Shown: piece by piece, positions 1 through 9,302 of the stretch
How positions within the stretch are numbered: position 1 is the first letter of the stretch
Layout of the letters: every line of letters begins with the position of its first letter
NCBI GenBank assembly: GCA_036278495.1
Contig: DASUKX010000013.1
Location: forward strand, 3,955-67,954
From: Nitrosotalea sp.
GTDB taxonomy: Archaea; Thermoproteota; Nitrososphaeria; Nitrososphaerales; Nitrosopumilaceae
Length of the DNA stretch: 64,000 nt
Direction: 5' to 3'
Position numbers and translations under genes: made by a program
The notes under the pieces: generated by a model
The model's database searches: none
What the model was told of the DNA's origin: nothing
Seen by the model: the letters and a program-made list of their open reading frames with translations, nothing else

Positions 1-1
1 A

Positions 2-202
2 GACATCTTGCATTCTGGCCATATTCATGTTGTTGAGCTAGACATGTACAAGGGAACATTGATTGTAAACTCTGGTGCATGGCAAAGTCAGACTCCATTT
101 CAGGCAAGTGTGGGAATTAGCCCTACCCCAGGAATTGCCATTATTGTAAACCTTGCCACAATGAAGGTCTTTACAAAAGACTTTACAGAAAATTCTAGTT
201 AA
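2..202 (+). CDS. DNA polymerase D small (proofreading) subunit DP1, C-terminal fragment (5'-truncated by window)
   Basis: HSGHIH...VNSGAWQSQTPFQ is the C-terminal calcineurin-like motif of DP1; lies next to cdc6 and near DP2. Confidence 0.9.
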   Translation, partial: DILHSGHIHVVELDMYKGTLIVNSGAWQSQTPFQASVGISPTPGIAIIVNLATMKVFTKDFTENSS

Positions 203-204
203 AA

Positions 205-1446
205 TTACAAAAGATCTTCTAATGTTAGATCTTCTTTGAATGCTTTTTTCACAGTATCTGCATTTAGTGTTAGATTGAATTTTTTGGTCCTACCGTGCAT
301 TCCCTGATGAATAATTTTTCCTGTGATCAGTCCAGTCATTTCTATCTCACTTAGCATTTGTGTAATTCTACGTTGTGTGAGTTCTTTTTGTCTTGTAATC
401 TTGCAGAGATTTTTGTAGGATTGGTATATCTCGCCAGTGGTATTTCCACTTGCTTTCATTACTGCAAGTATGAGCAGTTTTTCATGTAGTGGATATGAAT
501 TCAAGGCTGTAGTTTCCTTATCTTCTTCCATCTTCAGAGAGGCCCTTCGTATGTTATCCTCCTTTACAGTATCAGATTGTTCCCGCTCTGCAATCTCACC
601 TGCGACACGAAGAAGGTCGATTGCTCTTCTTGCGTCGCCATGTTCCTGGCCAGACATGGCAGAACAGAGGTTTACGGCTGCCTGCTCTACGGTATTTGGT
701 ACAAAGGCAACTTTGATGCGTTCTTCTAGAATTTCCTTAATCTGGCCAACGGTATAATTGGTAAAGATAACCTCTTCCTCACTAAGACTGCTTAGGACCC
801 TAGGATCTAGCCGTTCCTTGAATGTAAGATCGTTTGAAATTCCTATCAAAGTTAACGTGCCTTTTTTTAACCGCTCATTGGCCCTTGTTAACGAATAGAA
901 TACATCTTTACCTGACTTGGAAACAAGTTCTACAAGATAGTCGATTTCATCTACTACAAATACCGTATTTAGGCCATTTTTCTCAATTGTTGCAATGATA
1001 CGGTTGAACACTTCACTAATTGAAAGTCCTGTTGATGGTAGTTCTTTTTGTGATACAAGGCCTAACTGTCTACCTAATTTTACTAATAGTCCATAGAGAG
1101 TAGTCTCTTCTTTTGCATTAGCATAAAGTAATTCTATAGGAAAAGAATTTTCCTTTACTCTTTCTTGTATTTTACCCAGGACTTTTTTAACAACAAGTGT
1201 CTTTCCTGTACCTGGTTTTCCATAAACCAATAGGTTGGATGGACGTGATTTTTTTAATAATGGTAATAATGATTGAGTGACCTTTTTTTGTTCATCTTCA
1301 CGGTGTAAAATTATATCTGGAATAAACGAAAAATGTAGGACTTCACGATTTTTGAATAATGATTTGCCACTCTGTGCATCATCCAGTAATTTATCAATCG
1401 GATCTTTTGTCATTGACTCACACACCACTGTTTCGTCTCTGTCCAC
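205..1446 (-). CDS. cdc6: Orc1/Cdc6 replication initiator (start may be the downstream ATG, MTKDP)
   Basis: Walker A GKPGTGKT, Walker B VVDEID, HGDARRAIDLLR sensor motif, C-terminal wHTH. Confidence 0.97.
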   Translation of the reverse strand: MDRDETVVCESMTKDPIDKLLDDAQSGKSLFKNREVLHFSFIPDIILHREDEQKKVTQSLLPLLKKSRPSNLLVYGKPGTGKTLVVKKVLGKIQERVKENSFPIELLYANAKEETTLYGLLVKLGRQLGLVSQKELPSTGLSISEVFNRIIATIEKNGLNTVFVVDEIDYLVELVSKSGKDVFYSLTRANERLKKGTLTLIGISNDLTFKERLDPRVLSSLSEEEVIFTNYTVGQIKEILEERIKVAFVPNTVEQAAVNLCSAMSGQEHGDARRAIDLLRVAGEIAEREQSDTVKEDNIRRASLKMEEDKETTALNSYPLHEKLLILAVMKASGNTTGEIYQSYKNLCKITRQKELTQRRITQMLSEIEMTGLITGKIIHQGMHGRTKKFNLTLNADTVKKAFKEDLTLEDLL

Positions 1447-1489
1447 ATATGGATTCTACCATACTAATTAGATTAGAATAGAATAACTA

Positions 1490-1875
1490 AACCAAATTTA
1501 GTATATCATTAATTATTTTTATTTTATTTTTCATTAAAAAAATTTTTTTAATAAAGCTAGAGTGGAAGTATAGGTGTGTGGGCCTTCCTAAGATGATCTT
1601 AACAGTTAGTGAACTTTTTGTTAACTTTAGGTTCAGAAAAGCCCAAAATGACCCCTTAATTTCCAGTCTAGGCGTGAAGATAGGTCTTAACATTGTTAAT
1701 ATCCTAAAAGATACCCCTTTGTTTCCACTCCAGGCGTGGATTTTAAGGATATTTGAATATAAGGCTCGAAGGGGCTGTTAAGATGTTAAAAACACCCCTT
1801 CATGGGCTAGGCAGTGAATGTTAACAAACCCATGTGTTAACAATTCTTCTATGATCTGTTCAAGTGTTAATGGGT
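1490..1875. other. Chromosomal replication origin (oriC) with AT-rich unwinding element and ORB-like boxes
   Basis: Intergenic, directly upstream of cdc6; AT tract ~1500-1555; ORB-like ACCCCTTTGTTTCCACTCCAGG at 1713-1734 (minus strand reads GAGTGGAAACAAAGGGGT). Confidence 0.85.
1651..1737 (-). repeat. Two direct ORB-like repeats, 62 bp apart
   Basis: ACCCCTTAATTTCCAGTCTAGGCGTG (1651-1676) and ACCCCTTTGTTTCCACTCCAGGCGTG (1713-1738); a degenerate inverted copy CTAGAGTGGAAGTATAGGTGT at ~1557-1577. Confidence 0.85.
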
Positions 1876-1891
1876 TACCAGATCGATCCCA

Positions 1892-2287
1892 ATGGCCCGA
1901 AAAAGAATCAGAATAGACTTGGAAGACTCGGATGGAGCCAAGTACAACTTTAGTCTAGAGGGTAATGTTACCCGTGAAAAGATGCTAAAGATATTCGAAT
2001 TAATGAACTTGATGAATATTGAAGAACCAGAAGCGGTAGCCCAATTGGATTCTGTCGGCGCCAAGATATGGAATATTATAGACAAGAACTTTCCAATAGG
2101 CAAGTTTACCTCCTCAATGATATTGGAAAAATATGAAGACGAGTATGAGGAACCAATCAAACTGAGTGTGATATCCACATATCTCTCACGGTTTGCTGTA
2201 AAGGGGAAAGTAGCCAGGGAAAAACAGGGAAAAGAATGGTCCTATCAGATACTAAAGATAGCCCAAAGAGAAAAGAACTCGATTTAG
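1892..2287 (+). CDS. Origin-adjacent hypothetical protein with probable C-terminal winged helix
   Basis: 131 aa ORF; FTSSMILEKYEDEY..KLSVISTYLSRFAVKGKV looks like a wHTH. Confidence 0.75.
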   Translation: MARKRIRIDLEDSDGAKYNFSLEGNVTREKMLKIFELMNLMNIEEPEAVAQLDSVGAKIWNIIDKNFPIGKFTSSMILEKYEDEYEEPIKLSVISTYLSRFAVKGKVAREKQGKEWSYQILKIAQREKNSI

Positions 2288-2436
2288 GAGATTGTTACCT
2301 TTTTGACTATTAGATGATCGCCATCTATTACAATCTTCACATAATCTCCTTTCTGAAGCTCCAGAAATTTTCTAAAGTCCTTAGGAATAGAAATCGTTCC
2401 TGCAGTGGTAATTTTGATTAATTGCTCATTAGGCAT
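2284..2436 (-). CDS. AbrB/MazE/SpoVT-family DNA-binding micro-protein (50 aa; not in ORF track)
   Basis: Hand translation MPNEQLIKITTAGTISIPKDFRKFLELQKGDYVKIVIDGDHLIVKKVTIS*; G-x-I-x-IP..R..L.L..GD swapped-hairpin pattern. Confidence 0.88.
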   Translation of the reverse strand: MPNEQLIKITTAGTISIPKDFRKFLELQKGDYVKIVIDGDHLIVKKVTIS

Positions 2437-2611
2437 GTTATAATATTATAAGAACAATAATTTAAGAATTTAGTATTATCTAGGATTATTAATTTACTAT
2501 GATTTTAGATGACTTTGACAGAAAAATGAAAGAATTATGGACTAGCCTAACCAAAAAATTATCAAAAACGAAACCTGGTTTCTTGGTCTAAAATTATTAT
2601 TGTCCCAAAAA

Positions 2612-3172
2612 TTACTGGGCCGGAGCTACCTTGACAACCCCTATTCTTGTCAAGCCCTTGTCGGTTATTTTGTAGGAAAATGGCTTTGTTGACATGTCTC
2701 TTTCAACCAAACCCTCCTCAAACAACTTCTTTAACATACGTGATGTGTGTTCCCTAGTCCTTCCTATTGTGACCTGGATGTCACGTGATGTCATAGGTTT
2801 CTCTGTGATTAATCGTAATACATGATCAGTAGCATTACCAAACTGCATATTTTGCATTCTTTCCTTTGGTTTCTCTTCTTTGACCATTACAGGGGGTTCC
2901 TGTTGTATTTTTTGTTCCTTTGGCTTGGAAATTTGTGCCTGGGGAATCTCCTCTACTTCTTGTGTCATTTCTAATGAATCTAAACGAATTTTCATATCAA
3001 TTAACAAGTTTTCATAGTATTGTAGGCGTTCTGTTAAAATTTTTGCATTTTCAGCCTCTGATACTAACCGTGGTTTTACCTTCTTGTATACACTAACTGC
3101 TACAAGTCCACCAATAAACGAAGCAAAGACACCTAAAATGACACCTACATCTGGGATATCTACTAACATCAC
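2612..3172 (-). CDS. Membrane-anchored winged-helix DNA-binding protein
   Basis: N-terminal hydrophobic helix (VGVILGVFASFIGGLVAVSVY), coiled-coil, C-terminal wHTH (MTSRDIQVTIGRTREHTSRMLKKLFEEGLVER...YKITDKG). Confidence 0.8.
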   Translation of the reverse strand: MMLVDIPDVGVILGVFASFIGGLVAVSVYKKVKPRLVSEAENAKILTERLQYYENLLIDMKIRLDSLEMTQEVEEIPQAQISKPKEQKIQQEPPVMVKEEKPKERMQNMQFGNATDHVLRLITEKPMTSRDIQVTIGRTREHTSRMLKKLFEEGLVERDMSTKPFSYKITDKGLTRIGVVKVAPAQ

Positions 3173-3304
3173 GGTGTTACATTAGATGATGTGATTTATC
3201 ATATTTGAGTAAAATTATTTCACACCTTACACATCAATATCAAACATGTTTTATCACAACTAATCACAACACTTCATGAAAACATGCCTGTTTTTGAAGC
3301 CAAA

Positions 3305-3697
3305 TCATAGCTTGCAAGTTCGTTTTAGTAGTTCTCGTATCACAGACATGATTTCTTCCTCACGTTCTGGAAAAACATCACTACTTTTAATCACAGAAAC
3401 CTGCTCAGAGAGACGATTTATCACATCCATATCATCATCACTGAGCACGCCTAGACCCCTAAGCAGGATCCATGAATAGCAGAGTGCTGTCAACTTGTCT
3501 TTACACTGGGTTACTTGTCGATAAAATGCCCCTTTACTGATAGTAAACTGGGAGTCTGCAAGGTCCCTACGTTTTAAAATAATTTCAATTTGTCTTTCAG
3601 TAAATAATGATTTTTCTATAATTTGCCTTGTAATATTATTAAAATTATCACCAGGAGAGTTGCTCATAGCTATACAAATCTGTATAACTATATTCAA
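3305..3697 (-). CDS. Hypothetical protein with possible HTH-like N-terminal segment
   Basis: 130 aa ORF; SLFTERQIEIIL resembles the start of Tfx/sigma-region-4-like HTHs; true start probably MSNSP. Confidence 0.65.
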   Translation of the reverse strand: MNIVIQICIAMSNSPGDNFNNITRQIIEKSLFTERQIEIILKRRDLADSQFTISKGAFYRQVTQCKDKLTALCYSWILLRGLGVLSDDDMDVINRLSEQVSVIKSSDVFPEREEEIMSVIRELLKRTCKL

Positions 3698-3733
3698 TTA
3701 AACTTTTAATCAATAGGTATTCAACCACTTCGT

Positions 3734-4483
3734 ATGCAAAAGACAGAAAATTATCTTCATACTATTAGGAAGAAAAAAGGTACACTTCTCTTTGTACTAA
3801 TTGACTCTGAAAACTCTGCAGGACAGTCTGCCTCAACTTTAGCAAAAAATGCAGAAAAGAATGGTGCCTCTGCTATTTTGGTTGGCGGTTCATCAGCCAC
3901 GGATCAGCTCACCATGACTGAAACTGTATCTAGCATCAAAAAAGCAGTAAAGATACCGGTCATCCTCTTTCCTGGTAACGTTACAGGAGTGGTTCCAGGC
4001 GCTGATGCAATACTATTTAGCTCACTTTTGAATTCAGATAATCCATATTTTATCTCACAAGCACAAGCCCTAGGAGCACCAAGTGTTCTAAGATTTGGCC
4101 TTGAAGCCCTTCCTACAGCCTACATCATTATTGGTGAAGGAACTACCGTCTGGCATGTAGGCTCGGTAAGAACAATTCCCTTTGACAAACCTGGCCTAGC
4201 CGTCATGTATGCGCTATCTGCACAGTTCATGGGAATGAGATTTGTATATCTTGAAGCAGGTTCTGGAGCCAAATCTAATGTAAAACCTGAGATGGTTGCC
4301 GCAGTAAGGAAACTTTTCAAGGGATTTCTCATAGTGGGAGGAGGTATTCGTAGCCCAGAAACTGCTGAAGAGATAGCCAAGGCTGGCGCAGATGCCATAG
4401 TGATTGGAACCTTCATTGAGAAGGGTGGAAGTTTCAAAACGATTTCCGATATCGTAAAAACCATCCAATCTGTAAGGAAATAA
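3734..4483 (+). CDS. Geranylgeranylglyceryl phosphate synthase (PcrB-like)
   Basis: LIDSE, ILVGGS, PVILFPG, YLEAGSGA and VGGGIR motifs. Confidence 0.95.
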   Translation: MQKTENYLHTIRKKKGTLLFVLIDSENSAGQSASTLAKNAEKNGASAILVGGSSATDQLTMTETVSSIKKAVKIPVILFPGNVTGVVPGADAILFSSLLNSDNPYFISQAQALGAPSVLRFGLEALPTAYIIIGEGTTVWHVGSVRTIPFDKPGLAVMYALSAQFMGMRFVYLEAGSGAKSNVKPEMVAAVRKLFKGFLIVGGGIRSPETAEEIAKAGADAIVIGTFIEKGGSFKTISDIVKTIQSVRK

Positions 4484-4484
4484 C

Positions 4485-7400
4485 ATGTCTGAGAACCTAG
4501 CATTGAGACTTAAAGAAGTCCCAATGCCTCATGACTATTTTGACTATTACACCAAGATATCTGAGGAAGTCTTTACTATTTTTGAGCAGGCTGCATCTGC
4601 AAAAGCAACACTTGCAGACTCTTCTGGTATGGTTGAACCAAAGATTGCATTTGATCTTGCAGATCGTGTATCAAAAATGCACGACATTGACGTAACTGAC
4701 AATCTTAGATCTCTTATTCAAAATACCACCAAAGAATTAGCCGCCCTCAAGCTTGCAGAAGACATTGCACAAGGAAAATACTCTGGACCTGATACAGGAC
4801 TTCAAGAAAAACTTGATCTTGCCGTGCGTGTGGCTTTGGCCATAGTTACAGAGGGAGTCACTATTGCACCACTCCAAGGAATAAGCGAGGTTCAGATCAA
4901 GAAAAATGCAGACGGCTCTGAATATCTGTCTGTATCATTTGCCGGTCCTATCAGATCAGCAGGAGGAACAGAGGCTGCCTCTACTATGCTTATTGCAGAT
5001 CATGTACGAAAGATAGCCGGACTTGCAAAATATCAGGCCAATTCATTTGATGATGAGACTGGTAGGTTTGTAGAGGAGTTGAGGGTGTACGAAAGAGAAG
5101 TTGGGAGCTTTCAATTTCATGTTCCAGATCAAGATGTGATAAATGTCATCTCTAATCTTCCAGTTGAACTTGATGGTGTAGATACAGACCTGGTTGAGAT
5201 TGTCAGTCATCGAAACATGGTACGAATAGGCACCAATAGAGTACGAGGAGGAGCCCTTCGTGTACTAAATGACGGACTCATTGGAAGATCCCGTAAACTA
5301 CTCAAACTCATTGAATTGTACAAACTCGATGGTTGGGATTGGCTCAAGGACCTCAAAGGAGCCATCCAGACAGGCGATGCAGATGCAGCGGCTCATAGAA
5401 TGAGAGAGGTGATTACAGGAAGATCAGTACTTTCCATGCCTAAAAAACTAGGAGGATTTCGATTAAGATACGGTCGTTCATGCAATACAGGATTTGCCTC
5501 AATTGGTGTTCATCCGGTAGTTGCAGAGATACTTGACCATGCCATTGCTGTGGGTACTCAGATCAAACTTGACGTTCCTGGAAAAGCTTCCACAGTAGCC
5601 TTTGTGGACTCGATCGATACACCAATTGTCAGACTAACTAATGGCAATGTTGTAAAAATAAAAGATACTGCACATGGAATTCAGCTAAAACCACATATTG
5701 GAAAGATTCTACATCTTGGAGACATTTTGATTAGTTATGGAGATTTCTTGGAAAACAATGCCGAGCTTGTACCGACTGGATATGTAGAAGAGTTTTGGGC
5801 CCAAGAATTACAAGACAAAATAACAAAATACGAACCAAATGACACTGAACTTCTAAGTTATGTAAACAAAATACCTGATCTAGAAGAAGCATTTAGGATA
5901 TCATTGAATTTTGGCATTGGCCTTCATCCACATTATCTCTACTATTGGGATCAAATTACAATTGAGGAATTTGAAAAAATTCTCAAACCCACAAAATCTG
6001 AATCAGATCTCATTATTTATCCAATTGAGACAAAGGACATTCTAGAAAAACTGGGTGTTCCTCATGAAGTTGCAGGCAGTACCATTCTCCTAAAAGATGT
6101 AGAGGCCAAGGTTTTCTTTTATTTATTATTTAGAAAACCAATCCAACTTGAAAAAGATCTCTCTGTTCCTCAAATTATTACAAAATCATCTGGCATAAAA
6201 ATACCCAACAAATTTTCTACCTCCATTGGAGTAAGAGTTGGAAGGCCAGAAAAAGCTGCACTACGAAAAATGAAACCTCCAGTTCATACTTTGTTTCCAG
6301 TGGGAAACAAAGGTGGTGCATCTCGTGATTTACTCAAGGCTGCAAAACAACCAAACTTTTACTGTAACATATACAACAGATTCTGCAAAAATTGTAATGT
6401 ACCTTGTATTAGCATATCATGTCCAAAATGCAATACAAAAACAAGTACGATTTTCATTTGTAACAAATGTAGAGATGAGCTTGATACGGATTATTGCCCA
6501 AAGTGCAAATCACGAGCAAAGGGACACTCGTATCGCTCATTTCCCCTCAAAGATCTACTATATGCTGCCCAAGAGAGGACTGGATTTAGGGCCCAAGAGC
6601 CATTCAAGGGTGTAAAGGAACTCATAAACCAAGACCGAGTGCCAGAGCCACTTGAAAAGGGTCTGATAAGACAGAGTCTTGGACTCAATGTATTCAAGGA
6701 TGGAACAATCCGATTTGATACAACAAATGCCCCACTCTCACACTTCAAACCTTCTTGGATTGGAACGACACCGGAAAAACTAGTAGAACTTGGATACACT
6801 CATGATACAAACGGCAATCCGCTTGAAAACTCTGATCAGCTTGTTGAACTAAGAGTGCAAGATGTGATAATTCCTAAAGAATGTGGAGACAGTCTTGTTT
6901 TTGTCTGTCAGTATATTGACCGAGAGCTTGCAAAACTCTTTGGACGTCAGCCATTTTACAATGTAAAAAGCACTGATAACTTGGTAGGTCATCTTATCAT
7001 TGGTCTTGCACCACATACATCTGTTGGAATTGTAGGCAGAATAATTGGATATACCAATACCCAAGTGTGTCTTGGAACTGCAGTATGGCATTCTGCAAAA
7101 AGACGTGATGCTGATGGTGATGCAGATTCTATAATGTTGTTAATGGACAGTTTGCTTAATTTCTCAAGATTATTTTTGTCTGACAGAATAGGTGGATTGA
7201 TGGATGCACCACTACTTGTCCAACCTATTGTGATTCCTCAGGAAGTACAAAGACAAGCTCACAACTTTGAGGTTGTAAAGGCATATCCGCTTTCATTCTT
7301 TGAGTCTACTCTGAAAAAAGAAAAAGCAAGTGAGATCAAAGATGTTGAGATCCTAAAATCAAGATTAGAAACAGAAAGACAATTTCTTGGACATGATTTT

Positions 7401-7859
7401 ACACATCCTACGTCAACTCTGACCACATCAAAATCAAGAAGTGCCTACTCTACACTAGGTTCATTACTTGAGAAGCTTGACATGCAAATCAGAACTGCAG
7501 ACATCATAAATGCAGTTGACCCAAGCGAAGTGGTATCAATGGTGATGACGACTCACCTGCTTCCAGATATCATGGGTAACCTCCGAGCTTATTCCGGACA
7601 ATCTTTTAGATGTACAGCATGCGGTGCAAGTTACAGAAGAGTTCCTCTAGTGGGAAAATGTTTTGAATGTGACAATAAACTAATTCAAACCATGACCAGG
7701 CCATCTGTACAAAAATATCTCAAGCTTGCAAGAAGAATGCTAAACAAGTATACAATTACACCATATCTTAGAGGCCGTGTACTTTCTCTCTTGGATGAAC
7801 TAGAGCTAGTATTTGGTAAAGAAGAAAGTAGTCAGTCTATTCTTACAGACTTTGCCTAG
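4485..7859 (+). CDS. polC: DNA polymerase D large subunit DP2
   Basis: GPIRSAGGT, RVRGG, GFRLRYGR and AKRRDADGDADS catalytic motifs; Zn-finger Cys clusters; no intein evident. Confidence 0.97.
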   Translation: MSENLALRLKEVPMPHDYFDYYTKISEEVFTIFEQAASAKATLADSSGMVEPKIAFDLADRVSKMHDIDVTDNLRSLIQNTTKELAALKLAEDIAQGKYSGPDTGLQEKLDLAVRVALAIVTEGVTIAPLQGISEVQIKKNADGSEYLSVSFAGPIRSAGGTEAASTMLIADHVRKIAGLAKYQANSFDDETGRFVEELRVYEREVGSFQFHVPDQDVINVISNLPVELDGVDTDLVEIVSHRNMVRIGTNRVRGGALRVLNDGLIGRSRKLLKLIELYKLDGWDWLKDLKGAIQTGDADAAAHRMREVITGRSVLSMPKKLGGFRLRYGRSCNTGFASIGVHPVVAEILDHAIAVGTQIKLDVPGKASTVAFVDSIDTPIVRLTNGNVVKIKDTAHGIQLKPHIGKILHLGDILISYGDFLENNAELVPTGYVEEFWAQELQDKITKYEPNDTELLSYVNKIPDLEEAFRISLNFGIGLHPHYLYYWDQITIEEFEKILKPTKSESDLIIYPIETKDILEKLGVPHEVAGSTILLKDVEAKVFFYLLFRKPIQLEKDLSVPQIITKSSGIKIPNKFSTSIGVRVGRPEKAALRKMKPPVHTLFPVGNKGGASRDLLKAAKQPNFYCNIYNRFCKNCNVPCISISCPKCNTKTSTIFICNKCRDELDTDYCPKCKSRAKGHSYRSFPLKDLLYAAQERTGFRAQEPFKGVKELINQDRVPEPLEKGLIRQSLGLNVFKDGTIRFDTTNAPLSHFKPSWIGTTPEKLVELGYTHDTNGNPLENSDQLVELRVQDVIIPKECGDSLVFVCQYIDRELAKLFGRQPFYNVKSTDNLVGHLIIGLAPHTSVGIVGRIIGYTNTQVCLGTAVWHSAKRRDADGDADSIMLLMDSLLNFSRLFLSDRIGGLMDAPLLVQPIVIPQEVQRQAHNFEVVKAYPLSFFESTLKKEKASEIKDVEILKSRLETERQFLGHDFTHPTSTLTTSKSRSAYSTLGSLLEKLDMQIRTADIINAVDPSEVVSMVMTTHLLPDIMGNLRAYSGQSFRCTACGASYRRVPLVGKCFECDNKLIQTMTRPSVQKYLKLARRMLNKYTITPYLRGRVLSLLDELELVFGKEESSQSILTDFA

Positions 7860-9178
7860 CGGATCTTGATGTAATCATAACCGCCATGCTTGCTTTCAAA
7901 GCAATAGCGAACCTTTTGAAAGTCTTTTCTAAATTTCTTAACTTCTAGTGCCACTTTTTTCTTGTCCTTTTTGTCTACTACTACTTTTTTGATAAATTCA
8001 GCCACTTGTTTCATGTCTGATTCTTTCATGCCAAGTCGTGTGAGTTCTGCAACACCCAGTCTCATTCCACCTGGATGGAAATAGTTTCGTCCCGCCTTGA
8101 TGTCTCCTGGTATGAGCTGTCTGTTTACGATTATGTTTGCTTTTTCAAGATCTGCCTCAATTGATCCACCGTCTCCAAATGAAAGTACATTTACAACTAT
8201 CTGGTGAGATTTTGTAAATCCTCGTTTTTCACCAAGTACTGAAAAACCAAATGAGTTGAGTGCCTCTGCAAGTGCCTTTGCATTCTTTATGACTTGGACT
8301 GCATATTTTTTACCAAACTCTAACATCTCTGCGTAGGCGATTGCTTTTCCTGCCATGTGGTGCAAGTGATGATTACTGGTCATTCCAGGGAATGTGGCTC
8401 TCTTGATTCCTTCACCATATTTTTCAAATGAACAGACCATTCCACCTTGAGGACCAAACAAAGTTTTGTGTGTACTCATTGTCATGGCATCTGCACCTTC
8501 TCTTAATGGATCTTGGAATTGTCCACCTGCAATGAGGCCTGCAACATGAGCACCATCATAATTGACAAACATATTGTAACTTTTCAGAAAATCTGCAAGT
8601 TCCTTAACTGGATGCGGGAACAAGAACACTGAACCACCAAACATTGCTAGTTTGGGAATCTTTCCAGCTTTTTCAAGTTCTTTGACTTTATCTTTTGTCT
8701 TGTCAACATCAATTGTCATCTCTTCTACATCAAATGGATAGAATTCAATGTCTAATCCATGGACAAGACCTGCAGTACCCGCATGTTCTTTCTTTCCATG
8801 TGATATATGACCACCTGATGGAATGGAAGGTGCCAGCATTGTATCTCCTGGATTTGTAAATGCTGAATAGATAGCTAAATTGGCAACAACGCCAGAAATT
8901 GGCCTTACATCAACAAACTCTGCCTTGAATAATTTTTTTGCAAGTTCCATGCACTTGAACTCTACTTCATCAATGTAGATACAACCTGCATAAACTCGTT
9001 CACCAGGCCAACCTTCCGCATATCTATTGGCAAAGTCAGAAATTGTTGCCTCTCGAACTGCCGGACTTGTAACATTTTCACTTGCAATTAGAGGAATTGA
9101 ATTTGCAAACCATTGATTGTGAGTCTTGAGCATTGAAAGCACTTCATTGTAAGATGATCGTGGCGAAGAACGAGACAT
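7856..9178 (-). CDS. glyA: Serine hydroxymethyltransferase
   Basis: LIASEN, RYAEG, GGHISH and STHKT PLP-lysine motif. Confidence 0.97.
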   Translation of the reverse strand: MSRSSPRSSYNEVLSMLKTHNQWFANSIPLIASENVTSPAVREATISDFANRYAEGWPGERVYAGCIYIDEVEFKCMELAKKLFKAEFVDVRPISGVVANLAIYSAFTNPGDTMLAPSIPSGGHISHGKKEHAGTAGLVHGLDIEFYPFDVEEMTIDVDKTKDKVKELEKAGKIPKLAMFGGSVFLFPHPVKELADFLKSYNMFVNYDGAHVAGLIAGGQFQDPLREGADAMTMSTHKTLFGPQGGMVCSFEKYGEGIKRATFPGMTSNHHLHHMAGKAIAYAEMLEFGKKYAVQVIKNAKALAEALNSFGFSVLGEKRGFTKSHQIVVNVLSFGDGGSIEADLEKANIIVNRQLIPGDIKAGRNYFHPGGMRLGVAELTRLGMKESDMKQVAEFIKKVVVDKKDKKKVALEVKKFRKDFQKVRYCFESKHGGYDYIKIR

Positions 9179-9302
9179 GTCTAGTTCCGACAGTTTTCCT
9201 AATTTAAAAACATCGTTCGGCAGTGTTAAAAATTATCTATTTCAGGTGTAAAGGCTTTTGATCTCATAAGACATAATAAGGGAAAATTGACCTCTTGCAA
9301 AT

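Noticed and set aside
1487-1781. Short ORFs 1487-1693 and 1578-1781
   Set aside because: They lie across the ORB-containing origin and have no protein-like features
4485-7859. Possible intein in PolD DP2
   Set aside because: Length is normal for intein-free DP2 and no splice-junction or LAGLIDADG motifs were seen
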